Assembly (NCBI RefSeq): GCF_044704955.1
Contig: NC_091984.1
Coordinates: forward strand, 148,056,001 to 148,120,000
Direction of reading: 5' to 3'
DNA: 64,000 bases
From: Pristiophorus japonicus
Lineage: Eukaryota
The notes under the pieces are model-generated. The model did not search any database. It worked only from the letters and a program-made list of their open reading frames with translations, and was not told the DNA's origin. Positions 47,961 to 61,850 of this stretch are shown here, one piece after another. A program made the translations under genes and the position numbers. How positions within the stretch are numbered: position 1 is the stretch's first letter; every line of letters begins with the position of its first letter.

Positions 47961-49712
47961 CCAAGGTTGATACTCAAAATCATATTGGCCTGTTGTATAA
48001 ACATCTGCAGTGCAGGGTTGGCACACATTCAGCACCAAAATGTTTAACAGTAAGAGTCGGTAAAGACTGAGTGTCCCGTTAAGATGCTGTTCACTGGCAG
48101 GAAGCTCGAACTGTAGATGGGTGGATACAGGGGAAACAGGCTCAGCAGTGAGAAAGCTCAGATCACACACAGATCGGGAGAACTTTATCTGGGAACATTG
48201 CGGCACACTTGTATAAACACACTTCAGCAAGGCTTCATGTTGGGTGTCGGTGTAGAAGCTTCTAGATTGCATTTAAAAGCTTGCTGCCCAGCACTGGGGT
48301 GAGGTCAAGGGTGAGGCTACAATTAGCCTCAGTGTACCGGGGTCAGGCAGGGTCACTGCTCCCAATGATCCCGTGACCTCCTGGAAGGTCAGAGTGCGTG
48401 GACAATGGGCAAGGGTCAGGATCAGGGTCCTCTCACTTCAATGAAAGAAAGCCTTGAATTTATATAGCGCCTTTCGCAACCTCAGGCGATCCCAAAGTGC
48501 TTTACAACCAATTGCACACAGGAAGATTTCGAAGGATGTTGCCTTGACTGGAAAATTTTAGCTATGAGGAAAGATTGGATCGGCTGGGTTTGTTTTCTTT
48601 GGAATAGCGGAGTCTGAGGGGAGACCTTATTGAGTTGTATAATATTATGAGGGGCTGAGATAGAGCGGATAGGACGGACCTATTTCCCTAAGCAGATTGG
48701 TCAACAACCAGGGCATAGATCTTAAAGTAATTGATAGGAGGTTGAGAGGGGATTTGAGGGGAAATGTCTTCACCCAGAGGGTGGTGGGGGTCTGGAACTC
48801 ACTGCCTGAAAGGGTGGTAGAGGCAGAAACTCTCATCACATTTAAAAATGTACTTGGATGTACACTTGGTGTGCGGTAACCCACAGGGCTACAGACCAAG
48901 AGCTGGAAAGTGGGATTAGGCTGGATAGATCTTTGTCGGCCGGCGCAGACACGATGGGCCGAATGGCCTCCTTTCATGCTGTAAATTTCTCTGATTCTAG
49001 CTCCCAGACTGCAATAATATCATGACCAGATCATCGGTTTTAACTATGTTGGTTGTGGGATAAATATTGGCCAGGACACTGGGAAGATCCCCCTTGCCCT
49101 TCCAGTAGTGATTATGAGATCTTTCATGTCCACCTGAGAGGGCAGACGGGACTTCGGTTTAACGTCTCACCTGAAAGACGGCACCTCTGACAGAGGGAGG
49201 ATATGTTAGAAGGATCATCAAATGAGGCCATATGGTTTAAACTGATGAACATAAAAGGGGCGATCACACTGCTGGGAGTGTACTATAGACCCCTAAACAG
49301 TCAGAGGGAGATAGAAGAGAAAATATGTCGGCAAATTGCTGAGATGTGCAAAAACAATCAGGCAGCAATAGTCGGGGATTTCAACTCCCCTCACATTAAC
49401 TGGGATGGAATCAGTGTCAAAGGTATAGAGGGCGCAGAATTCTTCAAATGCATTCAGGAGAACTTTTACAGCCAGTACGTAGCAAGCCCAACAAGGGAGG
49501 GGGCGGTTTTAGGCTTAGTTTTTGGGAATGAAGCTGGGCAGGTGGAAGGGAGATCAGTGAGAGAGCATTGTGGTGCTCGTGATCATAATTCAGTTAGATT
49601 TAGTGTAGTTATGGAAAAGGACAAAGATAGAGCAGGAATAAAGGTTCTCAATTGGGGAAAGGCCCATTTTACTAAGCTGAGAGGTGATTTAGCAAAAGTG
49701 GGCTGGAAACAG

Positions 49713-51207
49713 TGTAAGGGGTGGTTTGCAGGGGGTCAGCTTTCCCTTCTGACCTTATATGAGCGGTTCCGAATCGCTCCCACACCCTTGGTTCTCGGCA
49801 CTGGAATTATGAAGGGACTGTGACAGACTTGGACAGACAATCGGTTTCAAGGTGGGAAGCAGGTGTGGCTTTATTGTGTTTAAAAAAAGTAAAAGGCACA
49901 CCTTTAATAACACACACAGACCAATACACATTGAAGGGTACAACACATTGAATAAATTGTCAAATTACAGCCTGTGGGGAAAAGAATACAGCTTAAACTC
50001 TAAATGGGGTAAAGAGGAGAATGCAGATACATTTACACAAGTTATCCCAGCCTCGCCCCTCCCAATTCCCCTAACTAACTAAGTTATAGCTCTGAGGGTT
50101 CAGGGGCTATGCTCACCAATCCCTTTAGACAGTTGCCGGTGAATCGAGGTTTCGGGGTTCACTGCACTTGGCCTTCTAGGTGAGCTGTACCCCAGTCGGA
50201 GGAGAGGACTTCGGACTGCGTAGTCTTCGGTTGGGGTGCGTCCGTTGATGCGGTAAGTTGCGTTTCGGATGTATGGGATAAGTACCCACTTTCTTTGGTT
50301 TTAGTTAGTCCTTTTAGGTAATTTCTCACCCATTGGCCGTTCAGAAGTAGATTGTACAGTGGAAATAAATGTCGATTCTTCGGTTTTTGCTGAGTTGATT
50401 TTGGTTGGTCGTTTCACTGGTTGTGGTAGCCCGGGTTTTTAATTTGGTTGCTGACAACCTTCCATTTCATGGGCCTCATGCTCGGTCGGTCCTTGACGAT
50501 TTCTTGTAGGTTCCTTCACGACTCCATTTCTTCACTTCGGCTGCTTGTGTCTGTCTGTGTTCCTTTCGAGTCTGCATTCTGCTCGTCCTTGCGTTCTGCT
50601 CATCCTTCCTTGTAAAACTGGGGGATAGATATATCCCCCCAAAAAAGCTCCGTTATCTCCCATCAAATCTCTTGGGCTCTGTTTAAACTGTTCTGTCCAT
50701 TGATTTTCAAATGTCTCCTTTGTCAGCAGTAACTCGATTCGGGTGTGAGAATGTGCTATCACTGGTTTTGCATTGTTTTAGGATTGTCCAGTTTTTCTGA
50801 CCATGATTTCCATTGTGTTTGATTGGGTAATTCGATTATCTCTTAGGGGGTGAATAGCCTGGGATCCTTAATACACAAATTTGTTTGAGGTTGGCCCCAC
50901 CTCCTGTATTTGGTAACTCTTTTTTGCAGCCAAAATGTTGTAGAATCTTAAAATTGATATGCTCCTTCCCATAGATGTTTAGGGGATCTCAAACTTCTGT
51001 AATTTAGGTCCATTTTGAATTCCCTTTCCTATGAGTCCAAACACTGGGGGGCGGGGGGGGGGGGGGTGTCTCCATGAACGCATCCCTTTTTATCCCCCGC
51101 AGGCTTCGTCTGCCCCTTAAACTCATTTTAATATCCCAGAAAGGCATTCTTCTCCTCTGCAGGGGAAAGGTGCCTGGAATCTTTGCGAGATATTGGTAAA
51201 TTCTACA
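49713..51207 (-). repeat. Solo LTR (~1.5 kb) inserted in CR1
   Basis: TGTA...TACA ends; 4-bp TSD ACAG (49709-49712 and 51208-51211); CR1 resumes seamlessly. Strand inferred from TTTATT at ~49870. Confidence 0.8.
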
Positions 51208-54200
51208 ACAGCTACTTGAAGGTAAATCAGTGCCAGAGCAGTGGGAGGCATTCAAGGGGAAGATAGTGAGGGTTCAGAGCAAGTATGTTCCACAAAGGAA
51301 AAGGATGGGACTCCCAAATCTAGTTATGAGGAAAGATTGGATCGGTTGCAGTACAGCGGGACCTGGGGGTACTTGTGCATGAAACACAATAGCATAGTAT
51401 GTAGGTACAGCATGTGATCAGGAAGGCCAATGGAATCTTGGCCTTTATTACAAAATGGATGGAGTATAAAAGCAGGGAAGTCTTGTTACAGTTATACAGG
51501 GTATTGGTGAGGCCACACCTGGAATATTGCGTGCAGTTTTGGTTTCCATATTTACGAAAGGATATACTTGCTTTGGAGGCAATTCAGACAAGATTCACTC
51601 GGTTGATTCTGGAAATGAGGGTGTTGACTTATGAGGAAAGGTTGAGTAGGTTGGGCCTCTACTCACTGGAATGCAGAAGAATGAGAGGTGATCTTATGAA
51701 AACATATAAGATTATGAGGGGGCTTGACAAGGTGGATGCAGAGAGGATGTTTCCACTAATGGGGAAGACTAGAACTAGAGGGCATGATCATCGAATAAGG
51801 GGCCGCCCATTAACAACTGAGATGAGGAGAAATTTCTTCTCTGAGAGGGTTGTAAATCTGTGGAATTCGCTGCCTCAGAGAGCTGTGGAAGCTGGGACAT
51901 TGAATAAATTTAAGATAGAATTAGACAGTTTCTTAAATGATAAGAGGATAAGGGGTTATCAGGAGCGGGCGGGGAAGTGGAGCGGAGTCCATGATCAGAT
52001 CAGCCATAATCTTATTGAATGGCGGAGCAGGCTCGAGGAGCCACATGGCCTACTCCTGTTCCTATTTCTTATGTTCTTATGTTGAAGGTAAATCAGTGTC
52101 AGAGCAGTGGGAGGCGTTCAAGAGGAGATAGTGAGGGTTCAGAGCAAGTATGTTCCCACAAAGGAAAAGGGTGGCACTCCCAAATCTAGAGCCCCCTGGA
52201 TGTCAAAGGGCATACAGAGTAGGTTATGGCAAAAAAGGAAAGCTTATGTCAGATACCCAGAGCTAAATACTGCAGAAAGCCCAGAGGTGTATAGAAAGTG
52301 CAGGGGTGAAATTAGAAAGAAAATTAGAAATGTAAAGAGAGGGCATGAAAAAATATTGTCAAGTAAAATCAAGGAATACTCAAAGATGTTTTATAAATAC
52401 ATAAAGAGCAAGAGGATAACTAAAGAAAGAGTTGGGCCTATTGGAGACCAAAAAGTTAACCTATGAGTGGAGGCGGAAGACGGTGGAATGGTTCTTAATG
52501 AATATTTCGCATCTGTCTTCACAGAAGAGAGGGACGATGCAGATATTGTAATTAAGGAGGACAAGTGTGAAATATTAGATGAGATAAACATAGTGAGAGA
52601 AGAAGTATTAAGGAGCTTCGCATCTTTGATTGTAGAAAAATCACCAGGCCTGGATGAAATGTATCCCAGGCTTTTAAGAGAAGCAAGCGGGGATATAGCA
52701 GAGGCTCTGGCCATCATTTTCCAATCTACTCTGGCTACAAGTGTGGTGCCGGAGGACTGGAGGACTGCTAACGTGTACCTTTGTTTAAAAAGTGAGAAAG
52801 GGATAGACCGAGCAATTACAGGCCAGTCAGCCGAACCTTGGTGGAGGGAAAATTATTGGAAACAATTCTGAGGGAGAGGATAAATTGTCATATAGAAAGG
52901 GACATATTAATCAAGGACAGTCAGCATGGATTTATTCAGGGAAGGTCGTGCCTGACTAACTTGACTGAATTTTTTGCGGAGATAACAAGGAGAGTCGATG
53001 AGTGTTGCATCTTTGATGTCGTACACATGGATTTTTGCAAGGCTTTTGGCGAGGTCTGACATGGCAGAAAAGTAAAAAGCCCAGGGATCCAAGGGAAAGT
53101 GGCAAGTTGGATCCAAAATTGGCTCAGTGGCAGGAAGCAAAGCGTAATGCTCAACAGGTGTTTTTGTGACTGGAAGGCTGTTTCAAGTGGGGTTTCAAGC
53201 CAGGTTTACTGATGATACAAAGATGGAAGAGGAAAAGCAATGTGTGAGGAGGACACAAAAAACCTGCAAAAAGACATAGAAAGGCAAAGTGAGTGGGCAA
53301 AAATTTGGCAGATCGAGTATAATGTTGGAAAGTGTGAGGTTATGCACATTGGCAGAAAAAAATCAAAGAGCAAGTTATTATTCCAATGGAGAAAAATTGC
53401 AAAGTGCTGTAGTACAGCGGGATCTGGGGGTACTTGTGCATGAAACACAAAAGGATAGTATGCAGGTACAGCAAGTGATCAGGAAGGCCAATGGAATCTT
53501 GGCCATTATTGCAATGGGGATGGAGTATAAAAGCAGGGAAGTCTTGCTACAGTTATACAGGGTATTGGTGAGGCCATAGCTGGAATACTGTGTGCAGTTT
53601 TGGCTTCAATATTTAAGAAAGGATAGACTTGCTTTGGAGGCAGTTCAGAGGAGGTTCACTAGGTTGATTCCAGAGATGAGGGGAGTTGTCTTTTGAAGAA
53701 AAGTTGAGTAGGTTGGGCCTCGACTCATTGGAATTCAGAAGAATGAGAGGTGATCTTATCGAAACATGTAAGATTATGAAGTGCCATGGATGCAGAGAGG
53801 ATGTTTCCACTGATAGGGGAGACTAGAACTAGGGGGCTTAATCTTAGAATAAGTGGCTGCCCATTTAAAACTGAGATGAGGAGGAATTTCTTCTCTCAGA
53901 ATCTTTAATCTCCAAGTATTCTCTAATCTCCAGATTACTCCCGGTGCCACGAGCTAGTGAATACAGAAACAGGAGGATAGAGCAGATGAATGCGTGACGG
54001 GAGAGATGGTGCAGGTGGGACGCTTTAGTTTCCTGAGGCATTGGGACCGTTTCTGGGGGAGGTGGGACCTGTACAAGCCGACCGGGTTGCTCCTCAACAG
54101 AGCCGGGACCAATAGCCACGAGTGGGGCATTTGCTCGTGCTGTTGGGGAGGGTTTAAACTAGCTTGGCAGGGGGATGGGAACCGGAGAATAGATTCAGTA

Positions 54201-55849
54201 GGGAGGGGAGAAAAGCTGGAATTAGAAAGTAAAAATAAAGAAAGTGAGTTTGAAGGAGAGAGGAAACAAGCTGATAAAAAGGGTAAAAAAACAAATTTAA
54301 AGGCTCTTTGCCGAAATAACAAAATAGCTGAGTTGATGGCACAAATAGATACAAATGAATATGATCTGATAGCCATTGCAGAGACGTGGTTGCAAGGTGA
54401 CCAGGACTGGGAACTAAATACTCAGGAGTCCATGACAATCCGGAAGGACAGACAGAAAGGAAAAGGAGTTGGGGTAGCTCTGTTGACAAAGGATGGAATC
54501 ACTGCAATAGTGAGAAATGATATTGGCTCAAATGATCAGGATGTTGAAACAGTTTGGGTGGAGATAAGGAATATTAGGGGAAAAAGTCACTGGTGGGCAT
54601 AGTCTATAGATCCCCTAAAAGTAGCAACACTGTTGGTCGGAGTATAAACCAAGAAATAGTGGGGGCTTGTAAAAAGGGAACAGCAATAATTATGGGTGAT
54701 TTTAACCTCCACATTGTTTGGATAAATCAAATTGGTCAGGGTAGCCTTGACGAAGAGTTCATAGAATACATAAGATACGGGTTCCTTGAGCAGTATGTAA
54801 TGGAACCAGCCAGGGGGCAGGCTATCTTAGATCTGGTCCTGTGTAATGAGACAGGATTAATAAACAATCTCCAAGTAAAGGATCCCCTTGGACTGAGTGA
54901 TGATAACATGGTTCAATTTCAAATTCAAATGGAGGATGAGAAAGATGAATCTCTAACCAGCGTACTAAGCTTAAATAAAGGAGACTACAAAGGTATGAGG
55001 GCAGAATTGGCTAAAGTGGACTGGAAAAATAGATTAAAGTGTAGGACGGCTGATGAACAGTGGTGTACATATGAAGGAGATATTTTACAACTCTCAAGAA
55101 AAATATATTCCAGTGAGGAGGAAAGGGTGTAAAAGAAAAGATAGCCATCCGTGGCTAACTAAAGAAATAAAGGATGGTATCCAATTAAAAACAAGGGCAT
55201 ACAAAGTGGCCAAAACTAGTGGGAGGACAGAAGATTGGGAAGCTTTTAAAAGCCAACAAAGAATGACTAAAAAAATGATTAAGAAAGGGAAGATAGACGA
55301 TGAAAGTGAACTAGCACAAAATATAAAAACAGATAGCAAGAGTTTCTATAGGTATATAAAAAGGAAAAGAGTGGCTAAAGTAAATATTGGTCCCTGAGAG
55401 GACAAAACCAGGGAATTAGTAATGGGGTACATGGAGATCGCAGAAACTCTGAACAAAGATTTTGTATCAGTCTTTAGGGTAGAGGACACTGAGATGAGGA
55501 GGAATTTCTTCTCTCAGAGGGTTGTACACCTGTGGAATTTGCTGCCTCAGAGAGCTGTGGAGGCTGGGTCATTGAATATATTTAAGACAGAGATAGACAG
55601 TTTCTGAACCGATAAGGGAATAAGGGGTTATGGGGAGCGGGCAGGGAAGTTGACCCGAGTCCATGATCGGATCGGCCATGATCGTATTAAATGGTGGAGC
55701 AGGCTCGAGGGGCTGTGTGGCCTACTCCTGCTCCTATTTTGTATGTTCTTAAAGTGAGGAGGAGTGGGACTAATTGGGTAAATCTTTCAAAGAGCCGGCA
55801 CAGGCACGATGGGCCGAATGGCCTCCTTCTGTACTGTAAGATTCTAGGC

Positions 55850-56070
55850 TGTGAGCGCGGTTCACAGTTTTCTCCCGTGTCATTAACAAACGTACAGCTG
55901 TGACAACCTCCCTCTTTCACTTCCTCTGTGGGTGAAGTTTCATTCTTCCGATCTGACAGTCTCTTCAGTTATTTTTTGCACGGGGGATTTCTGCTGTGGT
56001 CTGAGTCTCTAATAATAACCGTCCAATCAGGCAGAATAACAGCAGCTCGAACCGGCTAGGACAGCGGACC
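55850..56070. promoter_or_regulatory. Candidate B-cell (kappa intronic-type) enhancer
   Basis: Non-repeat island with E-box CAGCTG (55895), EICE GGAAGTGAAA (55915-55924, minus), kB-like GGGGATTTCT (55983) and RUNX TGTGGT (55995). Confidence 0.4.
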
Positions 56071-59000
56071 CAGGCTCAGTGCTGACCCTGCAACGTCCTC
56101 CTCACCAATATCTGAGGACCTGTGCCAAAAGTGGGAGAGCTGCCCCACAGACTAGCCAAGCACTAGCCTGACATAGTCCTACTCACAGAATCAGACCTTT
56201 CAGCCAATGTCCTACTGCACCACCCCCCCACCCCCCCCGTCCTTCCCGCCCCCAAAATCCCATGAATCCTTAAACAGGAACCCTTTTGAAGAACAGTCTG
56301 TACTGAAGTTCTGGGTGTAAAAGATTCTGTGCTGAGAAAACAATCACTATCACTGGAGAAAAAGTTACTCGGTAAAATAATGGAACTAAAGGTGGACAAG
56401 TCCCCTGTACCTGATGGCGTGCATCCTAGGCTCTTAAATGAAGTGGCTGCAGAGATAGTGGATGCATTGGTTGAAATGCATCTGAGGGTCTAGTGAGGAG
56501 GAGGAACTGAAGGATATCCTTATTAGGCGGGAAATTGTATTAGGGAAATTGATGGGATTGAAAGCTGATAAATCCCTGGTGCTTGATAGTCTGCATCCCA
56601 GAGTACTTAAGGATGTGGCCCTAGAAATAGCGAATGCATTTGTGATCATTTTCCAACAGTCTACTGACTCTGGATCAGTTCCTATGGACTGGAGGGTAGC
56701 TAATGTAACACTACTTTTTAAAAAAAGGAGGGAGAGAGAAAGTGGGTAATTAGCCTGACATCAGTTGTGGAGAAAATGTTGAAATCAATTATTAAGGATG
56801 AAATAGCAGCGCAATTGGAAAACAGTGACAGGATTGGTCCAAGTCAGCATGGATTTATAAAGGGGAAATCATGCTTGACAAATCTTCTGGAATTGTTTGA
56901 GGAAGTAACTGGGAGAGTGGACAAAGGAGAACCAGTGGATGTGGTGTATTTGGACTTTCAAAAGGCTTTTGACTAGGTCCCACACAGGAGATTGGTGTGC
57001 AAAATCAAAGGGCATGTTATTGGGGGTAATGTACTGATGTGGATAGAGAACTGGTTGGCAGACAGGAAGCAGAGAGTCGGGATAACTGGGTCCTTTTCAG
57101 AATGGCAGGCAGTGACTAATGGAGTGCTGCAGGGCTCAGTGCTGGGACCCCAGCTCTTTACAATATACATCAACGATTTGGATGAAGGAATTGAGTGTAA
57201 TATCTCCAAGTTTGCAGATGACACTAAACTGGGTGGCAGTGTGAGCTGTGGGAGGGATGCTAGGAGGCTGCAGAGTGAATTGGACAGGTTAGGTGAGTGG
57301 GCAAATGCATGGCAGATGCAGTATAATGTGGATAAATGTAAGGTTATCCACTTTGGGGGTAAAAACGCAAAGACAGAATATTATCTGAATGGTGGCAGAT
57401 TAGGAAAAGGGGAGGTGCAAGGAGACCTGGGTGTCATGGTTCATCAGTCATTGAAAGTTGGCATACAGGTACAGCAAGCGGTGAGGAAGGCAAATGGTAT
57501 GTTGGCCTTCATTGCTAGGGGATTTGAGTATAGGAGCAGTGAAGCCTTACTGCAGTTGTACAGGGCCTTGGTGAGGCCTCACCTGGAATATTGTGTTCAG
57601 TTTTGGTCTCCTAATCTGAGGAAGGACGTTCTTGCTTTTGAGGGAGTGCAGTGAAGGTTCACCAGATTGATTCCTGGGATGGCTGGACTGACATATGAGG
57701 AGAGACTGGATCAACTGGGCCTGTATTCACTGGAGTTTAGAAGGATGAGATGGGATCTCATAGAAACATATAAAATTTTGACGGGATTGGACAGGTTAGA
57801 TGCGGGTAGAATGTTCCCGAAGTTGGGGAAGTCCAGAACCAGGAGGGACAGTCTTAGAATAAGGGATAGGCCATTTAGGACTGTGATGAGGAGAAACTTT
57901 TTCACTCAGAGAGTTGTTAACCTGTGGCATTCCCTGCCGCAAAGATTTGTTGATGCCAGTTCATTAGATATATTCAAGAGAGTGTTAGATATGGCCCTTA
58001 CGGCTAAGGGGATCAAGGGGTATGGAGAGAAAGCAGGAAAGGGGTACTGAGGGAATGATCAGCCATGATCTTATTGAATGGTGGTGCAGGCTCGAAGGGC
58101 AGAATGACCTTCTCCTGCACCTATTTTCTATGTTTCTATGTAAATCTACCAAAGTTCCCTGGATTCTGAAGAGGTCCCAGCAGATTGGAAAACCGCAAAC
58201 ATAACGACCCTATTTAAAAAAGGAGGGAGACAGAAAACAGTAAACTAAAGACCAGTTAGCCTAACATCTGTCGTTGGGAAAATGTTGGTGTCCATTAATA
58301 AGAAAGCAGTAATAGGACATTTGGAAAAGCATAATTCAATCAAGCAGAGTCAGCATGGACTTATGAAAGGGAAATCGTGTTTGACACATTTGCTGGAGTT
58401 CTTTGAGGAAGTAATGCGCAGGGTGGATATGGGGGAACAAGTAGATGCAGTGTATTTGGATTTCCAGAAGGGATTCAACCAGGTGCCACATAAAAGATTA
58501 CCGCACACGATACGAGAACACGGGGTTGGTGCTAATATATTAGCATGGTTAGAGGATTGGCCAACTAACAGAAAACAAAGTTAAGATAAATGGGTCATTT
58601 TCTGGTAGGCAACCAGTAACTAGTGGGGTTTCACAGGGATCGGTGTTGGGGCCTCACCTATTTACAATCTATATTAATAACTTGGATGAATGGACTGAGT
58701 GCAAAAAATCGAAGAGCAAATTATTATTTAAATGGAGAAAGATTACAAAATGCTGCTGTACAGAGGGATCTGGGGGCCCTTGTGCATGAGACACAAAAAG
58801 TTAGTATGCAGATACAGCAAGTAATCAGGAAGCAAATGGAATGTTGGCCTTAATTGCAAGGGGATGGAGTATAAAAGCAGGGAAGTCCTGCTACATCTGT
58901 ACAGGGTATTGGTGAGACCACACCGAGAGTACTGTGTACAGTTTTGGTCTCCTTATGTAAGGAGGGATATATTTGCACTGGAGGCAGTTCAGAGAAGGTT

Positions 59001-60829
59001 CACGAGGTTCATTCCTGAGATGAAGAGGCTGACTTATGAAGAAAGGTTGAGCAGGTTAATCAGCACTTAAGAAATAGGAACAGGTGTAGGATATACGGCC
59101 CCTCCGCCATTCAATAAGGTCATGGCTGATCTGATCATGGACTCAGCTCCACTTCCATGCCCGCTCCACATATACTCTTTGGAGTTTAGAAGAATGAGAG
59201 GTGAACTTATTGAAACATATAAGATTCTGAGGGGACTCGGTAAGATAGATGCAGTGATGATGTTTCCACTCATAGGGGAACCTAGAACTAGCGGACAGAG
59301 TTTAAGTATAAGGGGTCGGCCATTTGGAACTGAGATGGGGAGGAATTTCTTCTCTCAGAGGGTTGTAAATCTGTGCAATTCTCTGCCCCAGAGAGCTGTG
59401 GAGGCTGGGTCAGTGAATATATTGAAGGTGGAGATAGACAGATTTTTGAACGATAAGGGAGTAAAGGGTTCTGGGCAGCGGGTAGGGAAGTGGAGCTGAG
59501 CCCAGGATCAGATCAGCCATGATCTTATTGAATGGCAGAGCAGGCTCGAGGGATAAATGGCCTAGTTCTGCTCTTATTTCTTATGCTCTTATGATTCTTT
59601 GGCCTAGAATTTACCTGGTCTAGCACCAGCCATTTAGAGGGTTTTGTTCAAATAATCGCAGCCGCCTTGCTTGCGGCCCGGGACAAGTCATCCACCATTT
59701 TGGTAAGGGCCTTACCGCTGTCATTGGCAGCACTCGCCTCACAATGTGGATTGTCAGATGGTGACACCAATGCCTGGCTCGAGCCATGACTGTTAATTGG
59801 GACATTTGCGCTCACCATATGGCCCTGCCCTAAGCACACACAGAAAAGCAGGCGTGAAGCAGCCCTGCACAGATGCTGTTGGTGCTTCTTAACGGGGCAC
59901 ACATCTTTCAGGTATGTTTGCATTTAAGCTCTGGTCTGTTTTAAACAATATATTTTATGGAAGTAGTAGCTTGGTGCAATAAATGTTAAATATTTTCTCA
60001 GTGTGCAGGGAATGCAAGGTGTGCTGCTGGATGTGTGCAAGGCTTTGGGTGGTAAAGGAAGGTCCCTGGAAAGACCGGGAATGCTGGAAATACTCAGCAG
60101 GTCAGACAGCATCCATGGAGAGAGACAGAGTTAACGTTTCAGCTCAAGCTGCTGTCTGACCTGCTGAGTATTCCCAGCATTTACTGTCTTTATTTCAGAT
60201 TTCCAGCTTCTGCTCGCAAAGGGAGGAGGAGGAAGTGGAAGGAAGGAGGCAACCCAGACAGCCACTTTCTGGCCGGGATATCCGGGATCGAATCATCCGC
60301 CTGTGGTCCCAGTGACCACAACCCCAATCCCCTTTCAACATTAGTGCCACACCTTAGTGTCCCTCTGTTACTGACCATCACAGTGTCCTCTTGGCCATAG
60401 TGCTGAAATAAAATCATGAATCTTCGGAAATCTCTATTCCAGAGAGCTGTGGAGGCTGGGTCATTGAATATATTTAAGATGGAGATAGACAGATTCTTGA
60501 ACTACGGGGAGTCACGGGTTGTGGGGAACAGGTGGGGAAGTGGAGTTGAGGCCAAGATCAGATCAGCCATTACCTTATTGAATGGTGGACCAGCTCGAGA
60601 GGCCGTACGGCCCACTCCTGTTCCTTTTCCTTATATTCTTGTGTATGAGTCCTGATTGCTAGAGTTTGTTGGTAGGTGGGTGATGGGGGCGTGGTGCATT
60701 GAGCAGCGTGTGAGGCTAGTGGTGCTGTTGGTGGGACACGGACTTTGAAGATGAATTCTCTGACCTTGACCACTCCGTTAGGTCATTGAACATTTGGTGG
60801 CACTGCATCCAGGTCCTCAGGTCCTGGTC

Positions 60830-61850
60830 TCACTGCCTTTGAAACGTTTGTCTGGTGCAGCCTCCTCGCCCCCTTGGATAGAGAACATCTCTACCCCCTC
60901 TGCACCTCCTCACTTGGTGGCAACACTGTTTCAGACCCTGATGAGTTCCTGGTAAAAGACATGCAGCCCCGCATGGTGGTCCTGATGCCCCCAGGCTCAC
61001 AAACAGGAGCTGCGTGTCATAATTGAGGCAGTACTGCTGGCGGAAGAAATATGTCATCAGCACACACCATCTAGGAAGGGGCTGGATGTACAGGTATCTC
61101 TGCAGGATCTGAAGACGGAAAGTCGCATGCTGGGTACTGACGCACACCAACGCCTGACCACCCTCCCTAAGTAGGAGACTCAGAACCACAGCAGAGACCC
61201 AGTGCTTCCCATTGTCCAGAAGAAGTCCACCAGCTTCTTCTGTATCTTGGCGACAAAAGCAGGGGGTGGGGGGTGCCAAAGTGACCAGCCGGTACCACAG
61301 CATAGCGGCCACTAGCTGGTTTATGACTAGCGCTCGACCCCTGTAGGACAGCATTTGGAGCAGTCCTGTCCAGCGCCCTCGGCGAGCGGCAACTTTGTCC
61401 TCCAGCTCCTGCTAGTTCACCAGCCAGGCTTCCTCATCAGGGCTAAGGTAGACTCCCACATAGAGGAGATGGGTCATGCTCCAGGCAAAAGGCCTGAACT
61501 CCTCCGGCAGGGAGTTCATCCGCCAGTAACCGACCAGCAGTCCGGAACATTTCTCCCAATTGATCCTGGCGGAGGATGCGGCCGAGTAAATCTCCTGGCA
61601 CTCATGCATCCAAAGTAGGTCAATGGGATCCTCAACCATGAGGAGCACATCATCAGTGTAAGCCAAGAGGACAACCTCCACGCCCGGCCCTTACAGAGCC
61701 AGTCCCGTCAACCTCTTCCGCAAGAGGCGCAGGAAAGGCTCCACGCAGATGGCATATAACTGGCCAGACATTGGGCATCCCTGGTGCACCCCTTTCCCAA
61801 AGCGAAGGGACGCCGTCAAAGACCCGTTAACCTTAATCAGACAATCCATG
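60830..61850 (-). mobile_element. Second Tx1 ORF2 RT fragment
   Basis: GVHQGCPMSGQLY, AYTDDV, INWEKC, LSYRGRALVINQL. Confidence 0.85.

Larger units (their letters stand above)
48520..59593 (+). mobile_element. Cluster of nested and recombined CR1 fragments
   Basis: Repeated APE (YRP..GDFN), RT (QGSVLGP..FADD) and LVRPHLEYC segments with several octamer tails; interrupted by a solo LTR and a unique island. Confidence 0.9.

Noticed and set aside
60330-60416. CACAGTG (60379) plus 22 nt plus ATAAAATCA, oriented like a J-kappa 23-RSS, next to minus-strand TLRCGTNVER
   Set aside because: Nonamer only 6/9, no FGxG motif, the peptide is too far from the heptamer and there is no good splice donor; probably chance.
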